A stretch of DNA of 64,000 bases from Obrimoposthia wandeli. Taxonomy: Eukaryota. The translations under genes and the position numbers were made by a program. Below, one piece after another: positions 30,107 to 40,521 of the stretch. Each line of letters opens with the position of its first letter. Position 1 is the stretch's first letter. The notes below the pieces were generated by a model that saw nothing but the letters and a program-made list of their open reading frames with translations, was not told the origin of the DNA and did not search any database. The stretch covers positions 3,472,001-3,536,000 of the forward strand of contig CDROCS010000253.1 of NCBI GenBank assembly GCA_977020255.1, written 5' to 3'.

Positions 30107-31546
30107 TTATTTACCAATAATACGCGTTTTAGCGTTAGCAGTCATATAGGCAAATATTGCATAGCTGGCAACATTTTGGCGTAATTTTTCAGGGTTTATT
30201 TTATCTAACGTATCATCAGCGGTGTGATGGTAATCAAAATAATCGGTACCGTCTTGCGACAAAGCAAACGCAGGAACCTTAAACGCTCGAAATGGAATAA
30301 GATCTGGTCCATTTCGCGCTGAGTTGTTAGCGATGTACTCAACATTTAACGATTTCAACATAGCAGCAATTTCGCTAACCAGTGGTAATGAGCTCGCATG
30401 AACATTAGACTCAAATGCCCATATTTTATCTGCACCAAAGTCAGACTCTGCTGCAGCTACAATATTTGAAAGATTTTTTTCATTTGCTTTCACGTAGGCC
30501 TTAGCGCCCCATAAACCAAATTCTTCTGCCGCAAATAATACTACGCGAATACTACGTTTAGGTTGACCTTTGGAGGTTGCTAATTTTGCCGCAGCCATTG
30601 TTAGAGCAACACCTGCGCCATCATCTAATGCACCGGTTCCCAAATCCCAAGAGTCTAAATGCCCACCAATGAGTACATGCTCATTAGGGAGTTCACTACC
30701 GGTAAATTCGCCAATAACATTGTAAGAAGTCCCCTCACCCATCGATTTTGCTTGCACGTTAATATTGATAGTTACCGGTTTTCCTAAGGCAACTAAACGA
30801 TGCAATTGATCAGCATCTGCATTTGAAATAGCAGAAGAAACGATTTTAGTCACGCCTTCTTTATAATGACTGCCACCTGTATGAGCAAAACGATGATAAG
30901 CGGTACTTACTGAGCGCATCACATATCCTACAGCACCTTTTTGTGCGGCTACAACAGCGCCACGACTACGTGCTTGAACGGCTGGGCCGTAGCCATTACC
31001 ATCACGATCACGGTTCATACGGTAATTAATAAAAACTATTTTACCGTCAGCTGAATTTTCAGGTGCACTCTCTAATTCAGCTAAATCTTTAAATTCAATA
31101 ACTTGTGCTTGAAGACCGTCTTTCGAAGTACTGATACTATTACCCAGTGCTGTTATATGTAGCGCTTGCGGTGCGGGGCTAACAATAGCAGCAGATTCAG
31201 AATAACGAATCCATTTAGGAAAAGTAGCAGGCTCGGTCCACACTTTATCAAAACCCATTGCTTTGAATTTGGCGACTGCCCAAGCAACAGCAGCCTTATC
31301 TCCTGGAGTACCAGGCATTCTAGGTCCTACTTCAGTGGTTAAAGACTCCACTAAGTTCCAAGCTAAATCGCTTTCAAGCGCTTGCTGTTTTATCTCTGCA
31401 ACTTGCGATAACTGTAACGCTGAAAAGTTATCTGATTTCGCCTGTGCTTGTGAAGCATTAAAACTTAATGTAGTAAAAAACAGTGCTGATATCACTGAAG
31501 TAAAACGTTTATTCATAGCATGGAGCCTACCGATATTTAAGTACAT
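30107..31546 (-). CDS. M28 family metallopeptidase (carboxypeptidase Q-like), exported
   Basis: Signal peptide; GGHLDSWD.GTGALDDGAG, FAAEEFGL, YHHTADDTLDK. Confidence 0.93.
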   Translation of the reverse strand: MYLNIGRLHAMNKRFTSVISALFFTTLSFNASQAQAKSDNFSALQLSQVAEIKQQALESDLAWNLVESLTTEVGPRMPGTPGDKAAVAWAVAKFKAMGFDKVWTEPATFPKWIRYSESAAIVSPAPQALHITALGNSISTSKDGLQAQVIEFKDLAELESAPENSADGKIVFINYRMNRDRDGNGYGPAVQARSRGAVVAAQKGAVGYVMRSVSTAYHRFAHTGGSHYKEGVTKIVSSAISNADADQLHRLVALGKPVTININVQAKSMGEGTSYNVIGEFTGSELPNEHVLIGGHLDSWDLGTGALDDGAGVALTMAAAKLATSKGQPKRSIRVVLFAAEEFGLWGAKAYVKANEKNLSNIVAAAESDFGADKIWAFESNVHASSLPLVSEIAAMLKSLNVEYIANNSARNGPDLIPFRAFKVPAFALSQDGTDYFDYHHTADDTLDKINPEKLRQNVASYAIFAYMTANAKTRIIGK

Positions 31547-31568
31547 GGATTTGTCGTATTAACCGCGC

Positions 31569-31883
31569 TTAGCGCTTTTTCTTTTTCATGCTAACTACAT
31601 CACGAGCTATAGCAAGTAACTCAGGTGAAATATCATCGGCACCGCTTTTGATTAACTTACTGACATCGCCTGACGAGAATAATGAACCACGTTCAGATTT
31701 AACGCCTAAAGATCTAACATAATCTTTTGTTTTTCCCGTGCTAGCCGTATCAATATATTTAAAAATTATTTGTTCATTAAAACCTTGTGGCTCTTGCTTC
31801 AAGGTATGAATTGTCTCGCTAAGTGTTTTTATTTCTGACTCTAGTGTTGCAATTAAATCGGCAATATCTGTATATGGATTCAT
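31569..31883 (-). CDS. Hypothetical protein
   Basis: 104 aa ORF, N-terminal coiled coil. Confidence 0.65.
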   Translation of the reverse strand: MNPYTDIADLIATLESEIKTLSETIHTLKQEPQGFNEQIIFKYIDTASTGKTKDYVRSLGVKSERGSLFSSGDVSKLIKSGADDISPELLAIARDVVSMKKKKR

Positions 31884-32071
31884 GAAGTTATTTGGCTCTT
31901 ATAGGATTAGCTGACGATGCAAAATGCATCTTGTTTAAAGACTATTGTACAGTGAAAGAAACTGAGTAAATAGATTAGCGTTACTCAGTTAGGCTTTTTA
32001 TTGAAAACAAAAATGTTGCTATTAAGGAAAGCAAAGTGAACAGCACAACTTTACTGTTGCAATGCACAGGA

Positions 32072-32104
32072 TGAAATCCTGCATCTTCAAGTGGAACGGG
32101 TATA
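32072..32104 (+). repeat. Solo right end of the ERIC-like repeat family
   Basis: TGAAATCCTGCATCTTCAAGTGGAACGGGTATA matches 9865-9896. Confidence 0.65.
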
Positions 32105-32125
32105 TAATAACGATTAAAGAAAACA

Positions 32126-32428
32126 CTACATCTTCTCTGCACGTTCTTCTATGCATTCATTAGATCCCATCTCAAATATTCGACAAACCCACGGTCTGTT
32201 TTCATAAATTGAGCACATTAAGGTATCTCTATCTAATGCTGAACACCAACCATCATCAAATCTCAACATAGTTTCTTTACCATATTGATCAACATAAACA
32301 TGCCTATCAGGAACCCCTGTCTCGGTAAGAAGCATAACTTCTAAACTACAACAGCACGCTTCACAGTTGGCACAAGTGATTTCAGGAACAGGTAAGTTTT
32401 TTACTTTAATGATCATAAACGACAACAA
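32126..32428 (-). CDS. YkgJ family cysteine-cluster protein
   Basis: CANCEACCC, GWCSALD, CSIYENRPWVCR. Confidence 0.88.
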   Translation of the reverse strand: MLSFMIIKVKNLPVPEITCANCEACCCSLEVMLLTETGVPDRHVYVDQYGKETMLRFDDGWCSALDRDTLMCSIYENRPWVCRIFEMGSNECIEERAEKM

Positions 32429-32512
32429 AAAATTTAATGGCGGCTAGCATACGCTAAACGGGAAGCTTTCACGAGTTGATAGCGCACTAACACCAGATAA
32501 AATCGAATATTT

Positions 32513-32845
32513 TCACACAATAATAAAAGAAAAAGTTAATTTACAGTCAATGTACTTAAGCATACGGTTTACTATTGCAGGAATATCCACAATAGCCTTC
32601 TCTGAATCAGAGTTTACTGCAACAAATATATCGCATGCTTCAACCTCAATCCTTTGACGTACGTAGTAATCATTTATGTCCTCAAAATTTTGTTTTGTTA
32701 ACGGTACATAAGCGACATAACGATTATTTACTAAGTCTTCTTTATGGGTAGAACCCAAAATTTCTCGTACTAACGAATAGGCTTGAAATTTATCTAAACT
32801 AAGAAATCGGAAGCTTATTTCAGCTTCAACATTTGACTTTTTCAC
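32513..32845 (-). CDS. Hypothetical protein
   Basis: 110 aa ORF directly downstream of the SMI1/KNR4 gene. Confidence 0.7.
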   Translation of the reverse strand: MKKSNVEAEISFRFLSLDKFQAYSLVREILGSTHKEDLVNNRYVAYVPLTKQNFEDINDYYVRQRIEVEACDIFVAVNSDSEKAIVDIPAIVNRMLKYIDCKLTFSFIIV

Positions 32846-33256
32846 TTAGCTATCTTCAAGTTCATTGAACTGCGCTAGCCATCCGCTAAAAGAATCGGAC
32901 ACTTTATTAACGGTGCATAAACCGTGATTATAAAACCATACGGGTACATCTACTTGCTTATTGTCACACTCAGCAAGTTTGAAACAAAACATATTTCCCT
33001 TACAATCAGAAGCAAATAAAATATGCCCTTTTGGCATTCCACTCATTTCATATAACTTGGAGAGTGAAGATACATCATCTAGGTTTAAAAAGTCTTGAAC
33101 ATCCGATATTTCGGCATTTAAATCAACGATTTTAGTTAATACATTAGGTGTATGAACCAAGCCATAAGTAGATATTAAATATTTATATGAGTCAGGTAAA
33201 AAAGCATTTAGTTCTGTTTCAAGCGCTTCAATGTCGTGTTTAGCAATGGGGATCAT
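32846..33256 (-). CDS. SMI1/KNR4 family protein
   Basis: LE.ELN..LPDSYK, FASDCKGNMFCF, VWFYNH, VSDSFSGWL; start moved to ATG 33256 (GGGGA upstream). Confidence 0.85.
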   Translation of the reverse strand: MIPIAKHDIEALETELNAFLPDSYKYLISTYGLVHTPNVLTKIVDLNAEISDVQDFLNLDDVSSLSKLYEMSGMPKGHILFASDCKGNMFCFKLAECDNKQVDVPVWFYNHGLCTVNKVSDSFSGWLAQFNELEDS

Positions 33257-33603
33257 AGTATGTTTAGTCCCCCAGTTTTTTACAAATAGATCAATACTCT
33301 TCACGCAGTGACACTCCAAAGGTGGCAACACCCTATTAATGGGTAAAATAGTGTTAGCTAAAATAGATAGTAGGCAAAAATCAGCCAACTTATGAGGGGT
33401 TCATCTTGTACACAACTGAATAGTTGGTAGGCCCTTAACTATCGTACTCTTTAAGATATAAGTTAGTATAATTATCAGAGCTATTACACGTTAATATTAT
33501 TTTAAATAAGTAATAATCATAAAATTGTACAAGCCTAACCGGCTGGCTTTGCTACAAAATTATGATTACTATGAAGTTTAGCTATGACAAAAATTTGCTC
33601 ATA

Positions 33604-33984
33604 TCAACCTAATCGATGAAGCGCACAAATCTTGTTATCTGAAGGATCGCGTAAATACGCTAGATAAAGTTTACCAATGGCCCCTTCACGCACTCCAGGC
33701 AGATCTTCACACGTTGTACCGCCATTAGCCATACCAGCTGTGTGCCAAGCATCAGCAATAGCAGGACTTACCGCGGAAAAGCCAATGGTAGTACCATTGC
33801 CATTACACGCTGGTTGTCCGTCTATAGGTTTACTCAGCGCGAAAATACCACTGTCTGTAAAATAAAAACAGCGACCTTTTTCATCAATTACACCGGCTTC
33901 GTATCCCATAGTGCCAAGAATGGCATCATAGAAAACCTTTGATTCTTGTATATCATTTGCACCAATCATAATATGACTAAACAT
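33604..33984 (-). CDS. VOC/glyoxalase family protein
   Basis: MFSHIMIG.ND...FYD, GNGTTIGF, AYLRDPSDNKIC. Confidence 0.9.
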   Translation of the reverse strand: MFSHIMIGANDIQESKVFYDAILGTMGYEAGVIDEKGRCFYFTDSGIFALSKPIDGQPACNGNGTTIGFSAVSPAIADAWHTAGMANGGTTCEDLPGVREGAIGKLYLAYLRDPSDNKICALHRLG

Positions 33985-34217
33985 TGTCTCTCTCCTCGTG
34001 AAAATAGTGATATACCGGATAGTGGTATAATAATAACTTACTCATTATCGTTGTTCTTTTAGGTGTATACCATTCATGCTTACCTAAGTAATAGCAATAA
34101 CTTAAGTCACCAACAATACCATAGAGTTAACAACTATTTTACCATTGATTGCCACATTAATATTGTGCCGTAGAAGTCTTTTTATACATAACACCACCAT
34201 AACTTTTAAAACAGAGA

Positions 34218-35036
34218 TTAGGCGACGGGATGATTACATATCCTTTTATGCAGAACCGCAATTCGTGCAATATGTATTAGCAAACATTGTGAGCCTATAT
34301 ATAGTGACCAGTTTACGTATTTTGCTTCAGGAAAGAAGCCTTTGCCATCATTTCCATAAATCCAGAGTTGGCCAATAACGCCATCGGCGATTGCAGCTAA
34401 TACAAGCCCACTAGCGATAAGCAATACTGCATGTTTTACCGTCGAATTGCGTAGCGCACTTAATAATATGAATCCACTTACACCAACAAGTGTGATGAGC
34501 ACAGCATAACTACCGGTCACAATCGACACATGTAATCCGGTACCCGACAGATGCATAGAAGCAAATAACGCCGCACCGATTAAGGATGTAATACCAAGCC
34601 AAGTAAAGAGTACTTTAGGTTTAAAGCCATTTACGATAGCAAGCCAACAAACAACAGTGAGAACTAAAGCGTAACCTGGACCAAAAAACGTTACTGAGTC
34701 TGCAAGATAATCATGTTTTACAATACCGCCATATCGATAATACGTGAGCGGTAAATTAAAATTAATCACATCTCCACAAACACACAAAGCTAAAGCAACA
34801 AGAATAATCCAGGCGATAACCCGATGTGATGTTTCTGTGGAATGACGATAGACCCAATTTTTTATGGCATAACAATTGGCTATAAGAGCAAACAGGACTG
34901 CGCTTTCAATAGACAAGATAACGACACGCTCATTTCCAGTAATGGACCAAAAACCAACAAGGCCACCAATAGACTCTATTGTGGCTACAACCCATATAAT
35001 GAGTGACGCAAAAAAATATCTGTCTATGAATTTCAT
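34218..35036 (-). CDS. Polytopic membrane protein, unknown function
   Basis: 272 aa, about 8 TMs, GDVIN and ADGVIG motifs. Confidence 0.75.
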   Translation of the reverse strand: MKFIDRYFFASLIIWVVATIESIGGLVGFWSITGNERVVILSIESAVLFALIANCYAIKNWVYRHSTETSHRVIAWIILVALALCVCGDVINFNLPLTYYRYGGIVKHDYLADSVTFFGPGYALVLTVVCWLAIVNGFKPKVLFTWLGITSLIGAALFASMHLSGTGLHVSIVTGSYAVLITLVGVSGFILLSALRNSTVKHAVLLIASGLVLAAIADGVIGQLWIYGNDGKGFFPEAKYVNWSLYIGSQCLLIHIARIAVLHKRICNHPVA

Positions 35037-35120
35037 TGAATAAAATCGATTGAAAAAATCATATTATAGTAGCTAAACGCACAAAAAAGACGCGCGTTAA
35101 CGCGTCATTTTTGTTTGTTG

Positions 35121-36392
35121 TTATACTTTATTTAAGGCTTGGCTAACATCAGCAATAATGTCGTCGATATGCTCGATACCCACAGATATTCTGATCAAAT
35201 CAGAGCTTACACCTGCAGCAGCAAGTTCTTTCTCATTCAACTGTCTATGAGTAGTCGAAGCAGGATGACAAGCGAGAGATTTTGCATCACCTATATTCAC
35301 TAGGCGAAGAATCATTTCAAGCGCATCAATGAATTTGGTTCCTGATTCAATTCCACCAGTAATACCAAAACTTAAAATACCAGAGGCTTTACCTGAAGTA
35401 ATTTTTTCGCAGTTCGCACGATAAGGACTTTCAGGTAATGCCGCGTAATTAACCCACTCGACTTTACTGTGCTGTTGAAGATATGCAGCAAGTTTTTCCG
35501 CATTCTCGCAATGGCGGTCCATACGTAAACCAAGCGTTTCAAGACCTTGTAAAATTTGAAAAGAATTCATTGGCGATATTGCAGCGCCAGTATTTCTTAA
35601 TGGCCCTACACGACAGCGACCTATGTAGGCTGCAGCGCCTAAAGCTTCTGTGTATACCACGCCATGGTAAGCAGGATCTGGCTCATTAAGTACAGGGAAA
35701 CGTTCTTTATTAGCTACCCAATCAAACTTACCCGAATCGATAATTACACCACCAATTGAAGTACCATGACCACCAATATATTTAGTCAGAGAATGCACAA
35801 CAATATCAGCACCTAACTCAAACGGACGACACAAGTAAGGGGTGGCAACGGTATTATCAACAATTAACGGTACACCATATTTATGGGCAATCTCAGCTAA
35901 ACGAGAAATATCAACCACATTGCCCGCAGGATTGCCGATAGACTCACAAAAGATAGCTTTAGTTTTATCATCGATTGATTTCTCAAACCCTTCAAAATCA
36001 TCGTGTTTTACCATACGAGATTCAATGCCTTGCCTAGGTAAGGCATGGGCAAATAGGTTATAAGTACCACCATAAAGCTCACTTGTACTGACAATATTAT
36101 CCCCTGTCTCACAAATACACTGCAACGCGTAAGTAATTGCAGCCATACCGGAAGCAACACAAACAGCGCCTATACCACCTTCCATTGCCGCTATACGTTT
36201 TTCCAATACATCAGTGGTAGGGTTCATAATGCGCGTGTAGATATTGCCCTGCACTTTCAGGTCAAATAAATCTGCACCATGCTGAGTATCATCAAAGGTA
36301 TAGGAGGTTGTTTGATAAATGGGAACCGCAGCCGCTTTAGTCGTATCTTCGGATTTATAGCCTTCATGTAACGCTATTGATTCTAGTTTCAT
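35121..36392 (-). CDS. metY: O-acetylhomoserine aminocarboxypropyltransferase / cysteine synthase (MetY family)
   Basis: PIYQTTSY, GNIYTRIMNPT, YGGTYNLF, HSLTKYIGGHG PLP lysine, NIGDAKSL; probable start ATG 36392. Confidence 0.93.
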   Translation of the reverse strand: MKLESIALHEGYKSEDTTKAAAVPIYQTTSYTFDDTQHGADLFDLKVQGNIYTRIMNPTTDVLEKRIAAMEGGIGAVCVASGMAAITYALQCICETGDNIVSTSELYGGTYNLFAHALPRQGIESRMVKHDDFEGFEKSIDDKTKAIFCESIGNPAGNVVDISRLAEIAHKYGVPLIVDNTVATPYLCRPFELGADIVVHSLTKYIGGHGTSIGGVIIDSGKFDWVANKERFPVLNEPDPAYHGVVYTEALGAAAYIGRCRVGPLRNTGAAISPMNSFQILQGLETLGLRMDRHCENAEKLAAYLQQHSKVEWVNYAALPESPYRANCEKITSGKASGILSFGITGGIESGTKFIDALEMILRLVNIGDAKSLACHPASTTHRQLNEKELAAAGVSSDLIRISVGIEHIDDIIADVSQALNKV

Positions 36393-36448
36393 TACGTTTC
36401 TTTCCATGGTTAAGTTTAAATTCGTATTTGTATTTGTATTTAACAATA

Positions 36449-36537
36449 AAATGCCACCTAAGTGGCTAAAACAGTTGGTTATAATAGTGAACAGAGAAAA
36501 GCCAACTATATCTTGTCCGTTTCAATGCATTGTATGG
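36449..36537 (-). repeat. Eroded attC site directly upstream of metY
   Basis: ATGCCACCTAAGTGGCTAAAACAGTTGGTTATAATAGTGAAC...AGCCAACT...TTGTCCGTTTCAA aligns with the array consensus; cores degenerate. Confidence 0.65.
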
Positions 36538-36751
36538 ATAATGATCCATCAATTAATAATTCTGTGTATCGAGCCCGAATAGCAAAGTAGAGTCACCTTA
36601 TTATGAATAACAAAAATAATCAAAATGAAATTAACGTTATCCGTAAAACACCTGCTTACGATGATAGGTAACTACTTCTGACATCGCTTGGTCCCCTTAA
36701 TTGTAGTGGTCAGGTAATACATTAACGCCATTGAGACGGTAATTATTGCCA

Positions 36752-37465
36752 TCATGTTGTAACCATGAAACCAAGCATGCCAAGAACAAATCCCATCACA
36801 GCCCCCATTGGAGGTCCCCAATGCTTTTCTAGCTTTACTTGAGGTGCCAAATCTTGAAATATAGAATAGAGAATACCACCCGATGCAAAAAGCATGATAG
36901 CCGCAATAACTTCGGGGGACTCTGATAACCATAAATAACCAGAGACTCCAGACATTGGGCCAAGTAAGGCCATTAACGTAAACATAATTATAATTTTTCT
37001 AGGTTTATAAGAAGACGTCGAGTTCAATTCTCGATAGGCGCTAAAGCCTTCAGGTAAGTTTTGTAACGCGATTAATGCGGCAAGTAAATATGCGCTACTA
37101 TTTCCCGTTGCAAATGCCGCTCCTAACGCGATTGATTCTGGAATAAAATCAGAGAGCATTGCTGCAAGTTGACTCGCCGGGGTATTTATTTTTTTAAGGT
37201 AGATATCAAGGAGCATAAAGCTAAGCCCCCCGACTATGAACCAAGCACAAGCAGAAATTGGATTAAGAGTAGCCATGCCTTCAGGTACCAAAACAAGAGC
37301 AACGGCTGACAATAGTGCCCCTCCTCCAAAAGCCATGACACTGTGCCTTAATTCTTCCCCAACACACACATCCTTAATATTTTCAAAGCGAGCAATTACC
37401 GCACCTAAAGGCATAGCTAAACCAGCGACTAAAGTAGAGACTATAACGGTTAGTAAAAGATACAT
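36752..37465 (-). CDS. ZIP family divalent metal transporter (cassette-like)
   Basis: AFGGGALLSAVALVLVPEG, DFIPESIALGA, ALQNLPEG, SGGILY; start placed at ATG 37465. Confidence 0.88.
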   Translation of the reverse strand: MYLLLTVIVSTLVAGLAMPLGAVIARFENIKDVCVGEELRHSVMAFGGGALLSAVALVLVPEGMATLNPISACAWFIVGGLSFMLLDIYLKKINTPASQLAAMLSDFIPESIALGAAFATGNSSAYLLAALIALQNLPEGFSAYRELNSTSSYKPRKIIIMFTLMALLGPMSGVSGYLWLSESPEVIAAIMLFASGGILYSIFQDLAPQVKLEKHWGPPMGAVMGFVLGMLGFMVTT

Positions 37466-37482
37466 GAATGAATCCGGGTTGA

Positions 37483-37577
37483 GGTAAACGCCCATTTAAG
37501 AAACTGATAATGGCTGGCTAAAATTAACGATAAACAAGCACGAACAACCGTTGCGTTTATCATTGAATTACTTATGT
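37483..37577 (-). repeat. Eroded attC site
   Basis: AAACGCCCATTTAAG..CTGATAATGGCTGGCTAAAAT...TTGAATTACTTATGT. Confidence 0.65.
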
Positions 37578-37693
37578 TTTCAGAAACTTAATATATATGC
37601 TGACCAATGTAAAGTGTTACCTAATAAACAACACTACTTGGGAGGAAAAACTCAAAGATACTATAAGTTTCTCCAATGGTAAGGAGTCTAGCT

Positions 37694-38299
37694 TTAATTA
37701 CTACTTACCTTTTTTAATTGGCGATTGTGAATTTTTGATAAGAGTAACAATGAAAAAATTGCACCTAATAACGCAAACCCCATATCTGATTGAGTATCCC
37801 AAACATATCCTTGTGTTCCCAAAAAGGCTTCTGCATCTTCGCCAGAAGTTAGCGCTACCCACCACTCAATTAATTCATAGAATGCACTGAAAGCTAAACA
37901 AATAGAAACAGTAATTATATTTCGCCAAAAATTGCCATTGACTACACTTTTACGAATTAAGATTTCTCTCATGAATAACGCAGGAACAAAGCCCTGGAAG
38001 AAATGGCCAACTTTGTCGTAATTATTTCTCTCTGCACCGAATAAACCATCAAAGAATGGCACTTCTGCGTAGGTATAATGACCGCCTATCATTAAAACAA
38101 TACAATGTAATAATATGAAGAAATAGAGCATTGAAGTCAGTCGAAATGCATTGTACGTTACCATTAAGAACGCACCGGTGATTAAAGCAGGAAAAACTTC
38201 TAGAAACCAAGTGAATTGATCTTTTGGGGTTATTCCCGACCAAATAAAAACAATTATAAATACAACTATCCATAGAGACTTGATTTTTAAATACTCCAA
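37694..38299 (-). CDS. DUF2238/YjdF family inner-membrane protein
   Basis: WFLEVFP, GGHYTYAEVP, RNNYDKVGHF, YELIEW, QGYVWDTQSDM. Confidence 0.9.
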   Translation of the reverse strand: MEYLKIKSLWIVVFIIVFIWSGITPKDQFTWFLEVFPALITGAFLMVTYNAFRLTSMLYFFILLHCIVLMIGGHYTYAEVPFFDGLFGAERNNYDKVGHFFQGFVPALFMREILIRKSVVNGNFWRNIITVSICLAFSAFYELIEWWVALTSGEDAEAFLGTQGYVWDTQSDMGFALLGAIFSLLLLSKIHNRQLKKVSSN

Positions 38300-38527
38300 A
38301 TAAATTTAAGATCAGCGTAAAACAACCCACTGTATTTTTCAGTTTAAAGAATAACTTGTGATAAATATTCTGTAACAGTTATATAACAATAAATTTTAAG
38401 CGTTATGTCTGTCCCGTATTTTCTTTTCTGTTATTATATAAAGAACAACACCTAAATCACATAAGTGATTGAAAAGGTGAAAATTAAAATAGTTTTTATT
38501 TATAATAAAAATGACTAGGAGAAGGTT

Positions 38528-38977
38528 TTGTCCAATATTAATTTCAGTGTTGTCGGTTATTCACAATCAGCAACCAGAATGTCCGTTAAAGCACGTGATT
38601 TTACCATGATAGTTGATGAGCCACCAGTATTAGGAGGACAAGATCAGGGACCCAACCCTGTTGAATATGTACTTAGCGCTATCGTCGGTTGCCTAAATGT
38701 AACTGGCTACATTGTGGCAAATGAAATGGGATTAACCATCAATAGTTTAAAAATAAAAGCAAACGGCGATATAAATCCTGAGATGCTATTTGGCAAAGCA
38801 AGCAAAGATCGAGCTGGCTACAAGGGAATATGTATCGATTTTTGTATCGATGCAGAAGCAGATCAAGCAACATTAGATAGCTGGCTAAGCCAAGTTAAGG
38901 CACGCTGCCCAGTATCAGACAACTTAGCAAATTCGACGCCAATTTCAATCGGCTTAAATGTTGTTGAGCCTGCCTAA
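38528..38977 (+). CDS. OsmC family protein
   Basis: DEPPVLGGQDQGPNPVE...GCL...RCPVSD; TTG start. Confidence 0.9.
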   Translation: MSNINFSVVGYSQSATRMSVKARDFTMIVDEPPVLGGQDQGPNPVEYVLSAIVGCLNVTGYIVANEMGLTINSLKIKANGDINPEMLFGKASKDRAGYKGICIDFCIDAEADQATLDSWLSQVKARCPVSDNLANSTPISIGLNVVEPA

Positions 38978-39080
38978 TGATACCATTTAAAAGAGCTAAG
39001 GTTTTTTCATAGCTCTCTTTATTTTTTGCGCACTAATGTAGCGTTAATTATCTAATGTCGTCGTCCCAGAAATACTCTAC

Positions 39081-39830
39081 CTACTTGTTTAATATTATCA
39101 TTTCTTTGGCAACAAGAGCCGCTGACGGTAAAAACATAGTTGAAACAATACGTTCATCAATAACTACCTCATATTTGTTATTTAAGGTTTGTTTATTTTG
39201 CGCCATAGCACCATTCTTATTCAACTGACTTTCAACATAAAAAGGTAATAAAGTACCTTGTTTTGCCCATGATTTTTCTTTTTCAGTCGAATCAGGAAAG
39301 CCAGCAATTTTTTTACCTTTAACTAAAAATTGGCCATTTGATAAAATTACATTAGCAAAGGCACCAGCTCCGTGTCCTCCTGATCCGACAACACCGCCAG
39401 AGTCATAAATTTTCGCAATAATTGACTGTAACTTTTTATTGTTGGCCACATCAAATAATGGGCCATAACCCCCTCCGATATACACGCCCCAATAATCATC
39501 TGTAATAACATGTTTGGGCTCTAAAGAGTTAATAGCCTTATCCAAAAAACCTTCATATTTAATGGTATAACTACTGATCCCCAATGGATCCATCATAAAT
39601 TGTACTTGCCCGCCTTTTGGAGAAACAAAATCAACATCATAACCATGACTTATAAAGATATGATAAGGAGGCGCTACTTCCCATAGGTTATTTCTCGCAT
39701 CATGCTTTTCAGGATCTCCCATATCAATCATGTTTGATGCAATAATTAATACTTTTTTTTCTGGAGCGGCAATTGAATTAAACGAAATGATTAATATTGT
39801 TACAAATACAATAGAGATTAAATACCTCAT
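39081..39830 (-). CDS. DJ-1/PfpI-like type 1 glutamine amidotransferase-fold protein, exported
   Basis: Signal peptide; EVAPPY, VDFVSPKGG, YIGGGYGPLFD, HGAGAF. Confidence 0.82.
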   Translation of the reverse strand: MRYLISIVFVTILIISFNSIAAPEKKVLIIASNMIDMGDPEKHDARNNLWEVAPPYHIFISHGYDVDFVSPKGGQVQFMMDPLGISSYTIKYEGFLDKAINSLEPKHVITDDYWGVYIGGGYGPLFDVANNKKLQSIIAKIYDSGGVVGSGGHGAGAFANVILSNGQFLVKGKKIAGFPDSTEKEKSWAKQGTLLPFYVESQLNKNGAMAQNKQTLNNKYEVVIDERIVSTMFLPSAALVAKEMIILNK

Positions 39831-39917
39831 TATTTGTCCTTACTAAATAATTAGATTTGTAGATTAGATGCAAGCATGTGATAAAAGGTTTAATTTGAGC
39901 CTGACAGATACTTAACG

Positions 39918-39947
39918 CTGCGTATTTCAGGATCACTGAGCGATTTA
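39918..39947 (+). repeat. Fragment of the 9584-9896 repeat
   Basis: CTGCGTATTTCAGGATCACTGAGCGATTTA nearly identical to 9604-9633. Confidence 0.65.
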
Positions 39948-40343
39948 TTAGCTACCTAATTCACCTAAGACTTTTATTGCTAATTCAGCCTTGTCTGTTT
40001 GAACGAATATATGATCGTGATAATAAGCCGCTATAACATTAGCGCTAATATTATTATCTGCCAGCTTACCAGAAACCGCAGCAGTTAAACCAACAGCATC
40101 AAGACTAGAATGTACGGTTAAGGTTATACCTCTATATACAGACTCAAATAGAAGTTTATTAGCGATAGCAATTTCTTTAGAAATGACTAAAGTTAAGCCC
40201 TCTGATTCACGAAAAGACGCTAACGGCAATAGCGTATTAAAATCAAGATATTCACCTTGAACTGAACAAAACACATACTCACCCGGTATTAATTTAGGTG
40301 ACATAGATGCTAGCAGTTTATTCAAATTTGTTTCCCCAACCAT
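39948..40343 (-). CDS. ACT-domain protein (DUF2241-like), cassette gene
   Basis: GETNLNKLL.SM.P, FRESEGLTLV, ITLTVHSSLDAVGLTAA, NVIAAYYHDHIFV. Confidence 0.9.
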   Translation of the reverse strand: MVGETNLNKLLASMSPKLIPGEYVFCSVQGEYLDFNTLLPLASFRESEGLTLVISKEIAIANKLLFESVYRGITLTVHSSLDAVGLTAAVSGKLADNNISANVIAAYYHDHIFVQTDKAELAIKVLGELGS

Positions 40344-40358
40344 TAAATTATCCTTTGT

Positions 40359-40447
40359 GGCTAACGCCTATTAATAGGCTAAATATATTGGCTATAATAA
40401 GTAACGAACGTCAGCCAATTATTATGTGCCCTTATTATTTTTATATA
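40359..40447 (-). repeat. Eroded attC site
   Basis: GGCTAACGCCTATTAATAGGCTAAATATATTGGCTATAAT...CAGCCAATTATT. Confidence 0.7.
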
Positions 40448-40521
40448 AAAGCAAAATAACAAAAACTAAAACCCATTTATATACGTATAGAGCTAAATAA
40501 CCAACGGAGATAGTAATTATA

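Noticed and set aside
36393-36450. MetJ boxes or SAM riboswitch upstream of metY
   Set aside because: No AGACGTCT-like tandem and no room for an aptamer; only a short (GTATTT)x3 microrepeat
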